Shown here piece after piece: positions 18,522-27,039 of a DNA stretch of 64,000 nucleotides (position 1 is its first letter; each line of letters begins with the position of its first letter). Where the stretch lies: the IMG/VR virus record IMGVR_UViG_3300031998_000003, positions 184,670-248,669 of that record; one strand, given 5' to 3'. The translations under genes and the position numbers were made by a program. The notes under the pieces are model-generated. The model ran no database searches. It was not told the DNA's origin and was given only the letters and a program-made list of their open reading frames with translations. The DNA comes from a virus (taxonomy: Duplodnaviria > Caudoviricetes).

Positions 18522-19931
18522 ATGAGTGAACATCTGTTACCCGTAAAAACAGGACGTGAATCGTTTCCTGTTAAATACAGAAAAATGCACCCGTATAGTT
18601 TGGACTGGCGTACGGCTTTGACATGTGAACATAATAAGGGTTTGTATATCGCAGTGCAAGCGTTGCGTAGCGCTAATACAAGTCCGTCAACCGGTACAAA
18701 CGATGGCAGAATGTATGTGTATTATCAGAATTTGATCACAAATGATTTTGTTGATATGGGTGTTATTACATGGGAGCAGCTACAAAGCGTACAAGTATTA
18801 TGGATGCTTGTCGATGACGATTACTTGTATTTCTCAGTGAATAGTGGCTCAACCATCCTGATATTCAGTAGACGTGCTTTAGCAATTGTCGGTAAATTCA
18901 AATATGACACAAACGCATTTGGTGCGTTTGGTAAAATGGTATGGTTTAACAAACATACCATTGTTATGGCACATCAAGCTGGAATTCTTTTCTTCGATAC
19001 AATTGCACGAACGTTTCGTTATGTTGGACGACCGACTGGTGGTAATTTCACATCATCAGATATTTCTGTTGGTGATAAATTTATCATGATGACATCTGGG
19101 TCAAGTTCAGTCAATGCAGTTTTGATGTTCCGGCTGTCCGACGAATCCTTTTCGACATTTTCATTACAAACATCAAATGTTGCGATGTGTTGTCATGACG
19201 GAGTTCGTTTCTATATAGGAAATACACAAGCATTATATGTGTATAACGAATATAGTGAAGAAATGGAATCTATTGTTGCAGCACCATGGACGAATGTCCG
19301 TTCGTTAAACTATACGAACAGCACATTCTTTGCGACGACGAAGAATTCCAATCGTGTCTATATTTATGGATTTGATTTCCAATTTGTCATGACAACCAGT
19401 CGTCCATCCGACTGGGGTTCCACCTACATGGATTATTATATTCTGGATGAAAACCATCAACCGATTCATGTACCATCTGAAGGTGGTGTTATTCCAGAAT
19501 GGGTGGAGAACACATACTACCAAAAAGAATACACATTACAAGACCACAGGTTTATCAATATGCCATGGTCGGTTGGTGATATGTCAGCATCATATCCACT
19601 TGAAGCAACGACATTTGAAGGATTCTTCTTTGTTGCAAAAGAGACGTTATGTAGCATCGACTATTCAGGAAACTCGAAATACAATTTTGGTGAAAAATAC
19701 GATGTGATCAATCTTGTATTTAATCAAACTACAAAATCACAATTCATTTATGATCCGAGATTTATTGTGTTTACCGAGACATATATGACACTGCGTGACG
19801 GAGATATCCGATATGCATTTTCAAATTATGATGCTGGTGGCGGGTTGACCCTAAAACGAGCTGTTGTAAACAAATCGGATTATAAACATTTCAATTATGC
19901 TGTCATGAAGCACATAGAGAATGGAGGTTGA
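18522..19931 (+). CDS. Beta-propeller-like tail protein
   Basis: Repeated blade-like strands (YLYFS, ILFFDT, LYVYN, RVYIY); carries a PxDW module. Confidence 0.6.
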   Translation: MSEHLLPVKTGRESFPVKYRKMHPYSLDWRTALTCEHNKGLYIAVQALRSANTSPSTGTNDGRMYVYYQNLITNDFVDMGVITWEQLQSVQVLWMLVDDDYLYFSVNSGSTILIFSRRALAIVGKFKYDTNAFGAFGKMVWFNKHTIVMAHQAGILFFDTIARTFRYVGRPTGGNFTSSDISVGDKFIMMTSGSSSVNAVLMFRLSDESFSTFSLQTSNVAMCCHDGVRFYIGNTQALYVYNEYSEEMESIVAAPWTNVRSLNYTNSTFFATTKNSNRVYIYGFDFQFVMTTSRPSDWGSTYMDYYILDENHQPIHVPSEGGVIPEWVENTYYQKEYTLQDHRFINMPWSVGDMSASYPLEATTFEGFFFVAKETLCSIDYSGNSKYNFGEKYDVINLVFNQTTKSQFIYDPRFIVFTETYMTLRDGDIRYAFSNYDAGGGLTLKRAVVNKSDYKHFNYAVMKHIENGG

Positions 19932-22590
19932 TGAGATGGACATTGCAAAACCGATTGATCCCAAATTTAAACGGGCTATGCAATTCGCTCAAAACTTTAT
20001 GCAAAAACATGGCAAACCGTCGATCTCGAATCTTTATGTGATTCAGAGAGTTGATATCGATGGAAATGTCATTGATGAAAAATATGGCATGAACCTGATG
20101 ACAGACTATGGTCTGACGACATTCTTCGGAAATACCCTTCCAGCATTTCCGAAGAATCTGTATGTTGGTCAAGGTGGCGGTGGTACGATGTCATTTGATA
20201 CTACCACAAACACATTGATCACGCCATTGACAACGACAGCTGCAACAAATTCTGACACGGCTATCTATTATAATTTCCCGATGTATTATGACAATACGAC
20301 GGGCACTGTCACAACTGTCTGTCAATATCTAGTGTGCTATCTAGATTATAATTTCGACGATTGGTACCAGGACATGTCAATCTATGAATATGGTATCGGT
20401 ACCGCAAACAATGCTCTCTGGACACATTCATGGGTGTATGATAATTTCGGTGGTCTTGGTATGATTACAAAGAAACCAAATGAACGTCTGGTGTTCACCG
20501 TTTATCTTTGTATGTCGTATTCGACCAATCTGATCAATACTGAATGGAATAAGGGTAAATATGTTGTAATTACTTCACCACAACGATTTTTCGCAAATCA
20601 TATGCGTGAAGATAATTTACAAACATACAAGCGTTACAGTGTTTACAAATCCCGCGGTAAAACAAATACCCAAACCGCATTTGATGATACTACAAAGAGT
20701 CTTGACATTGTATCGAATCTATCAGAAATGACAATCATTGCCGGTGACACTGATGAAACTGGTTATGTTGATGGATTCCGTAATATTTCAAGCGGAATGG
20801 TTTCATTTGAACGAGCCATCATGAATCCAGTATGCACATTTGATACTGTCATGAAACCGGATACAGCATCTGCGGAAAAACCTGAAGGATTCTCTGATAC
20901 ATTTGGAAAAGCTAACTTTCTACCATTCACGAAACTCACGTTGTCAAAATCATACACGTATAATCCTTCGACAAATCTCTATGATCTAGAAGATACATAC
21001 ACGTATGACCCAAATCGTTGGTATAACGAAAACAGCATGGAACATGCCGCGGCAATTACGATGTACTACAGTTATCATGATACTGCCACACCGGTTTATG
21101 TGTATATTAACATGAAACCGGATGATCCTATTCTACGAGTTGAGGGCAATCTTTTAACTGTGTATGCAACCAATGAATACTGGGATCGGTCGAAATGGGT
21201 CTTCATCAACGATTTGTCAACAATTCCGGATACTTGTGATATTCTGGATGGTCAAGGACATCCATTGAATCCTAGATGTATGAAATATTGGATTACATCA
21301 TCCAACATCGAAGATTTAAAACCGGTTCGTGCATCACAAAAATTCACATACACTGATGCAAATGGTGACTTCACCTTCCATCATTATTTTTCAACAGTGC
21401 CGAAAGGATTCTTTGATGCGGTTAGCTCAAAACAGTATCAATGGTTCATGGTCAACAACGTCATCTATACTTTGTCGGATTCAAGAACAACGACTGTGTC
21501 TACAAAGACTGGATATGATCAGATTCAATCGTACACATGTGACTCAACAATTCTAACATTTATATCAAGCTCAGATTCATTTATCATTTCTGATATGACA
21601 CAATCAACAATATCACCTCAAACAATCCAAAACACCGCAGGTATTTCGAATTTGTGGGCGTGTTATCGAACTGATTCAAAGAATGGTCGAGCGATTGTAT
21701 CTGATTATGCAAATTCAATTTTGCTGAAAATCGATTATCGCGATGGAAGTAATGTTGTCCAGACTGGAATCACAAACTGCCCGATCGGATGTGTAATTAT
21801 CAATACTGAAAATTATGCAATGATTGATTCATCGAATCCAAAAACGATTCTTATCAAGAACTTTGATACCGATGCTTCAGTCACATCATTTACTGTGATT
21901 GGAAATAATCCAGTATTGTTGTTTGGATATGGAAATCAGTTGTATGTTTCCGACTGCTCAACATACATGATCATGTGTGATATTGACGCTGGTACAATGA
22001 CAACATGTGGTGGAAATCTCAATAGTAATTTCAGTGGAACGAATCGTGCATTACTTCGTGTCGAAGCTTCAACTGATTTCATGATTTTGTATCGGTACGA
22101 TCAAAGAGATACCAACACATATGCATATGCATTTGAGCACGACCGTCCACAGTTGTATCGCTCACTTGGCTTCAATCCAGGTGATTATCGGTCCCATGCA
22201 CATATCACATTGCATGAACTGAACAAGACTGCAAATGGTGTAACAACCATTCTGATTATTACAAACAGCTATTGGACATCTTCAGCTGGAAATGGTTGCC
22301 AACAACGTGCTTTAGATTTTGGACGCTATATGAAATCTGACAAATCCGACACGAATGGTATGCTCGAATTCAACCGTACTGAAAAACGCCGTTGGATTCC
22401 GTATGGCGATCATGTTATATGTGAGCAGGACACATTTCCAATTGCAAATCTAATTCCACACAGAATTGTTGGAACGACCGATACTGTTTCGACAATCGAT
22501 AACATAAAGAATATTCGTGACAAACGTTGGACAACAACGGTTTCGAATATTTCTGAATGGCAAGGTAAACCGCCAGGAAATCAAATGTGA
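19921..22590 (+). CDS. Tail fibre/receptor-binding protein (paralog of 23140)
   Basis: NLYVIQRVDIDGNVIDEKYGMNLMTDYGL shared with 23140; C-terminus LIPHRIVGTT...NIKNI. Confidence 0.7.
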   Translation: MEVDEMDIAKPIDPKFKRAMQFAQNFMQKHGKPSISNLYVIQRVDIDGNVIDEKYGMNLMTDYGLTTFFGNTLPAFPKNLYVGQGGGGTMSFDTTTNTLITPLTTTAATNSDTAIYYNFPMYYDNTTGTVTTVCQYLVCYLDYNFDDWYQDMSIYEYGIGTANNALWTHSWVYDNFGGLGMITKKPNERLVFTVYLCMSYSTNLINTEWNKGKYVVITSPQRFFANHMREDNLQTYKRYSVYKSRGKTNTQTAFDDTTKSLDIVSNLSEMTIIAGDTDETGYVDGFRNISSGMVSFERAIMNPVCTFDTVMKPDTASAEKPEGFSDTFGKANFLPFTKLTLSKSYTYNPSTNLYDLEDTYTYDPNRWYNENSMEHAAAITMYYSYHDTATPVYVYINMKPDDPILRVEGNLLTVYATNEYWDRSKWVFINDLSTIPDTCDILDGQGHPLNPRCMKYWITSSNIEDLKPVRASQKFTYTDANGDFTFHHYFSTVPKGFFDAVSSKQYQWFMVNNVIYTLSDSRTTTVSTKTGYDQIQSYTCDSTILTFISSSDSFIISDMTQSTISPQTIQNTAGISNLWACYRTDSKNGRAIVSDYANSILLKIDYRDGSNVVQTGITNCPIGCVIINTENYAMIDSSNPKTILIKNFDTDASVTSFTVIGNNPVLLFGYGNQLYVSDCSTYMIMCDIDAGTMTTCGGNLNSNFSGTNRALLRVEASTDFMILYRYDQRDTNTYAYAFEHDRPQLYRSLGFNPGDYRSHAHITLHELNKTANGVTTILIITNSYWTSSAGNGCQQRALDFGRYMKSDKSDTNGMLEFNRTEKRRWIPYGDHVICEQDTFPIANLIPHRIVGTTDTVSTIDNIKNIRDKRWTTTVSNISEWQGKPPGNQM

Positions 22591-22605
22591 TGGTGGTGAA
22601 AACGT

Positions 22606-23124
22606 ATGTCAGATTTCCATAAATCAAAAGAAGTATACCGGTATACACCAACAGCGAACGGGGACAAGTTAGTCCCCGTTCGTGGTTTGTATGTATCCGG
22701 TTTACACAAAGAACCGTGGTATATTGATCATGCGGTTACAGTTACGGGTTTTACTTCAAACGACGGTACAATTGTTCATTATACCCAGCTAAACACATCC
22801 GTCTATGATGATTCCGCATTGGCTTTCACCGGACTGGCAATCGGTGATATATCAGTTGTGAACTATTATCATTCCAGCGCTTCAGCATATGATGATTCTG
22901 CGTTAGCTTTCACTGGGTTTGAGATTAGTTTACCAGATATGACATCATATGAAACATCAAAAGTATCAGCGTATGATGATTCAGTTTTATCGTTTACAGC
23001 CCTATCTGTTGATTCATCGTTAACGAGCATGACATATAAGATTATCAGATCGCCACAGAATCCACAACCTACGATCACGTTGAGACAATTCACGTCAACC
23101 GATAGCACGATTTCGAGAAATTAA
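22606..23124 (+). CDS. Structural protein with 28-aa tandem repeats
   Basis: Three SxYDDSxLxFTxx repeats. Confidence 0.7.
   Translation: MSDFHKSKEVYRYTPTANGDKLVPVRGLYVSGLHKEPWYIDHAVTVTGFTSNDGTIVHYTQLNTSVYDDSALAFTGLAIGDISVVNYYHSSASAYDDSALAFTGFEISLPDMTSYETSKVSAYDDSVLSFTALSVDSSLTSMTYKIIRSPQNPQPTITLRQFTSTDSTISRN
22798..23010 (+). repeat. 84-nt period tandem repeat (3 copies)
   Basis: TATGATGATTC at 22804, 22888 and 22972. Confidence 0.8.
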
Positions 23125-23139
23125 AGAAGGAGGGATAAC

Positions 23140-26100
23140 ATGATTAATGTACATGATGATGCTGATCTCCAAAAGCTAAATCGTTTTGTGAAAAATATAT
23201 CTGATAAGAATGACGTTAATGCAAACTATCATAATCTATATTTGATCAGAAAATATGATATGTCCGGTCATGTTATTGATGAAAAATATGGAATGAATCT
23301 ATGGACTGATCATGGTTTATTCCGTGTCAATAATACCGGATCATCATCGAAAACCCAATTTTATTTGATATTTGGCACGGGTGATGTGACACCCGATTTC
23401 GCTGATATCACGATGACAAATCTGGCGTTCAGTGTATATCCAAATATCACGTTATCGATTACCAGATATCCCATGAAATATGATTCTGAAACAGATCTGA
23501 TATCAGAAGTTTGTACATTTGGATCTGGAACGCTTGATTACAATCTCAGCGGTGTATCATCTGACGTTGAAGTTACTCATTTCGGAATCTATACAAATGC
23601 TGAATCTGGCCAAAAACTCATAGTTCATTCAAAAGTATATGATGCCAATGGTATGGAGTCTTCGTTCACGAAACATCCAAATGAAAAAGTTGTAATCACT
23701 GTGTATCTGAAAGGATGCTTGTTATCAAAATTGATAACAGACGCCTATAACAACGGCATCTATGCATCATTTGTCGGATTTCATTCCACATTGTTAACAT
23801 TGTATGATTCATCGTATATCCGTATGATGTATGATAACGAGCAAACAGCTGTCGGATCTTATTTTTATGGATATATACCTTCTGGTAGCAGTTATAAAAT
23901 TCCATTTGGTAACGGTGAAACAGTTGATGCATCAACCCATGAACGCACCTCGGTCCGTTCACGACAAAGCGGCACCAGTACATTGATTACACATAATGCT
24001 CAATATGTATCATCGCTTGCCGTGAACTGGTATGGTGGATTGCTGCTACATGCGGATGTCAAAATGTCACAACCTGAAGAAATCACATGTGATTGTGTGT
24101 ATACTGAAGGAAATCAATCATTTGAGTTCATGCGTCCATTCGGATATCCAGCACGTCGAAACAACGCACAATACAATTTTGATTCGTCAAATAGAATGGA
24201 TGGTTGTATACCTGTTAATGATTTCGTCATTACATCGTCATATATGTGGGATTATTCAACAAAAGATTGGACAATACAAGAACAGTTCAGCAATCCCGAT
24301 CCCGGAAAATATGTATTTGTACCATTCTTCAAATCTGATAACGATCTAAACGGTGATACCAGGTACACAACATTTTCAAACAATTCATGGCAAGGTGCTT
24401 CTAGTCTTTGGATTAACGATGCTGATGGAATTGGTGTTGCCGTATTTATCAGAACAAACAAGCACACTAATATTCCGATTAAAAAGTTCATGACCGATGG
24501 GACTGCCATGACAGTTTATGGAACGAACAAATACTGGGATGGATCGACATATGTAAAGATCCCAACATATGCAAGTGATATTCCCTCAGAATGTCGGAAC
24601 TTCAAGTATTATTTATTTACACAAGACATCAGTGCTCGTGCAGAATACATCTATTCTGATCCAGATGATGTTCCGCACATTGTACCAACACGACAGCCGT
24701 TCGATATTGACATTCCGGAACTGGAAAGTGAATCCAGTAGTTTTAACGGGGGACTTAATCTACTAGCATCAACAACAAACGGATGGATTGCGACATTTGA
24801 TCATGTTGTATATCCGTATGCCCAAGGTGGACCTGTTGTGTATTCACTGATACCGTATGAATTAAATGGGCCTATGAAGAATCATGTGTTGATTGATGTT
24901 GAAAACAATATCAATGAAGTCACTTGGCAATCTGGTAGATTTGATTCAACCGGAGCGCTCGTTGCAGATTCGTATGCCTGGTATACTGATCAAATTTTCG
25001 ATATCACTGGATATCAACATCTTTGTTGGCAAGGCACATTCACCCCAACACAGAATCGCGGTGACAGAATCATCTACTATCTATATGATGCAGATGAGAA
25101 TTTTATCTCACTTATAAATTCAACCGACACGACAAATAGTGTTGGAAATCTGAAAAACGGCATATTTGATAATCTTCCTGATAATGTGAAATATGTCCGC
25201 TTTGGATTTTGGAGAAAATATGGATATGGTGATCCAGAATCACCAAGTGTCATACAGAAACTATCGTACTGCGAACTATTCCTATTTAAACCGGCACTGA
25301 ACAAACGTTATGCTACAAAAGATCGGATTTTAATGACAAATGTTTATCTATGCCATGGTTCGGAGACAGCATATCGACCGGATTCCGGTCATTCCAATTA
25401 TCCGGGGAAATATTCGCACTGTAATATTCTCATTGCAAAGGTCGGTTCAGATCCAACAGTACCACCTGAATTCCAACTTATAAATTTCCCATACCATGTA
25501 CCGTATAGGCACCTGACAAGTAGTCTCATGCACAGTTTTGACGAATATACCGGATTCTATGTTATATCAAGACCAAATACTCAGCGGGGCTCTGATGTTC
25601 CAATGAAAGTATTTGGTCTTGATTTATATGCAATCGATAATGGTACATCAAATCCGTCTGATAATGATGCTGAGATGTTCTATATTGGTGATGGATATGG
25701 CTGTAAACTGTGTAAAAAATACAAGTGGTGCTCATATTTTGATGCAACGAATGCACATATAATCCACGCATATGATCTCGAAAATCGTACAGAAATTTGT
25801 ACATTCACAATTGACAATACCTATACAATCGACGTGTATTCTCAGGTATATAATATCGGACACTACATCTATGTGCCATGTAAAAATGGAAGCAAAGAAA
25901 CTGTGATATTATGTGATATTGAATCACAACGCTGGGAAGAAGTTGACACATTTACATCACCAACATTGTATAACATTTCATATCGAAATTTCAATTCCAT
26001 AAATAACGGCTATTATTGGAATGATGATAGTGTTTTGTCATTGAATTTTGATCCATGCTGGGCTGGATTTGCAACAACTGGATTCACGGATGGTGATATG

Positions 26101-26676
26101 ATTTCATTAACAGGTTATTATTATTATGATGGATCTGTTGTTTATAATGGAACAATTACTTCCGATGAACCTCGTAAATGGAATAAGAGTATTCGAACAA
26201 CCACTTACGTATCTAAAAGTCAAACATATGTGGCGGCACCGTGTGGTGTATACAATGATAATACAATAACAGCAGGTGTGACTCGGTTGATTCTAACGGA
26301 CGACGGGAAACATTTGCTTGGTATTGGACGAATATCGAATCCATGGTTATCAGATTCTTACGCAGTATTTGATGTTGGAATGTATATGAATAATGGTCAG
26401 TCATATCGATATGGTGACGAGACAGAACCATATTATTACATTCAACAACCAGTATTTAGAACTGCACCGTTAGAAAACTCTGTAATCACATATTTCGATG
26501 ACGGCATCATTGCATATGCTCCCGGAAAAATCAGATGGTCTCCATTGTCATGCTGGTTACCTCATAAGGTGACAGGTACCACATATACCATTCAGGCATA
26601 CAATAATCCAAAGAATATTTCAGGTGGTTCAATTACAATGAAAATCAGTAATCGGATACCAACACTTCCGATTTAA
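23140..26676 (+). CDS. Tail fibre/receptor-binding protein (paralog of 19921)
   Basis: NLYLIRKYDMSGHVIDEKYGMNLWTDHGL; VYGTNKYWD; WLPHKVTGTT...NPKNI; extra internal domain WQSGRFD...YDADENFIS...NVKYVRF. Confidence 0.7.
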   Translation: MINVHDDADLQKLNRFVKNISDKNDVNANYHNLYLIRKYDMSGHVIDEKYGMNLWTDHGLFRVNNTGSSSKTQFYLIFGTGDVTPDFADITMTNLAFSVYPNITLSITRYPMKYDSETDLISEVCTFGSGTLDYNLSGVSSDVEVTHFGIYTNAESGQKLIVHSKVYDANGMESSFTKHPNEKVVITVYLKGCLLSKLITDAYNNGIYASFVGFHSTLLTLYDSSYIRMMYDNEQTAVGSYFYGYIPSGSSYKIPFGNGETVDASTHERTSVRSRQSGTSTLITHNAQYVSSLAVNWYGGLLLHADVKMSQPEEITCDCVYTEGNQSFEFMRPFGYPARRNNAQYNFDSSNRMDGCIPVNDFVITSSYMWDYSTKDWTIQEQFSNPDPGKYVFVPFFKSDNDLNGDTRYTTFSNNSWQGASSLWINDADGIGVAVFIRTNKHTNIPIKKFMTDGTAMTVYGTNKYWDGSTYVKIPTYASDIPSECRNFKYYLFTQDISARAEYIYSDPDDVPHIVPTRQPFDIDIPELESESSSFNGGLNLLASTTNGWIATFDHVVYPYAQGGPVVYSLIPYELNGPMKNHVLIDVENNINEVTWQSGRFDSTGALVADSYAWYTDQIFDITGYQHLCWQGTFTPTQNRGDRIIYYLYDADENFISLINSTDTTNSVGNLKNGIFDNLPDNVKYVRFGFWRKYGYGDPESPSVIQKLSYCELFLFKPALNKRYATKDRILMTNVYLCHGSETAYRPDSGHSNYPGKYSHCNILIAKVGSDPTVPPEFQLINFPYHVPYRHLTSSLMHSFDEYTGFYVISRPNTQRGSDVPMKVFGLDLYAIDNGTSNPSDNDAEMFYIGDGYGCKLCKKYKWCSYFDATNAHIIHAYDLENRTEICTFTIDNTYTIDVYSQVYNIGHYIYVPCKNGSKETVILCDIESQRWEEVDTFTSPTLYNISYRNFNSINNGYYWNDDSVLSLNFDPCWAGFATTGFTDGDMISLTGYYYYDGSVVYNGTITSDEPRKWNKSIRTTTYVSKSQTYVAAPCGVYNDNTITAGVTRLILTDDGKHLLGIGRISNPWLSDSYAVFDVGMYMNNGQSYRYGDETEPYYYIQQPVFRTAPLENSVITYFDDGIIAYAPGKIRWSPLSCWLPHKVTGTTYTIQAYNNPKNISGGSITMKISNRIPTLPI

Positions 26677-26691
26677 CTGATTTCCTATCTA

Positions 26692-26700
26692 TATATTATT
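26692..26700 (+). promoter_or_regulatory. Early-type promoter TATATTATT driving a non-coding region
   Basis: Exact motif; no RBS-led ORF downstream. Confidence 0.7.
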
Positions 26701-26703
26701 AAG

Positions 26704-26821
26704 GTGAATACTGACAGAACTGCGCGGTTCCGGATAAAACAGGTTAGAGTCTAACCAGCCTGCCGGGTGTTCTCCGCCTCTATGAGGTTTATGCCGCGAG
26801 ATTGCAACTGTCAGTTTTCAT
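26704..26821 (+). ncRNA. Structured ncRNA 1 (unknown family)
   Basis: Closing stem GTGAATACTGACAG/CTGTCAGTTTTCAT; inner stem CGCGGT/GCCGCG; arms TCCGG..GGTTAG-AGT-CTAACC..CCGGG and GCCTC-TAT-GAGGT. Confidence 0.65.
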
Positions 26822-26826
26822 ATTTA

Positions 26827-26970
26827 AAGACGCATGGGGTGCAAGCATTTTCATAAGTATCCACAATGTACACGGTTGTGGTATGGAGAATATGCGGTAT
26901 GGGAAAATATGTGTTCGTGCCTAGACTGGGGTACAGCATATGGAACCATATTGACAGCCTCATGTGTCTT
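26827..26970 (+). ncRNA. Structured ncRNA 2 (unknown family)
   Basis: 14-bp closing stem AAGACGCATGGGGT/GCCTCATGTGTCTT with G-U pairs; two long arms; T9 run follows. Confidence 0.65.
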
Positions 26971-26994
26971 CATTTTTTTTTGTAACGATAATGA

Positions 26995-27039
26995 GATTAT
27001 GGGGGCCGATGGCCCCCATAATCCATTTGTTTTTTTTTT
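26995..27039. terminator. Terminator between convergent units
   Basis: GATTATGGGGGCC-GAT-GGCCCCCATAATC plus T tract on the plus strand. Confidence 0.8.

Noticed and set aside
22798-23010. CRISPR-like array (also considered for 46675-46920)
   Set aside because: Repeats are in-frame, diverge at synonymous sites and encode protein repeats
15685-26676. Diversity-generating retroelement targeting the fibres
   Set aside because: No reverse transcriptase and no TR/VR pair differing at adenines seen in this window
26704-26970. Identification of the RNAs as tRNA, tmRNA, SRP, 6S or Y RNA
   Set aside because: No T-arm GTTCRA or CCA end, no SRP GGAAG loop, not an unbranched 6S-like rod; UUGACAGCC resembles the Y RNA 3' strand but the matching GUCCGA 5' strand is absent
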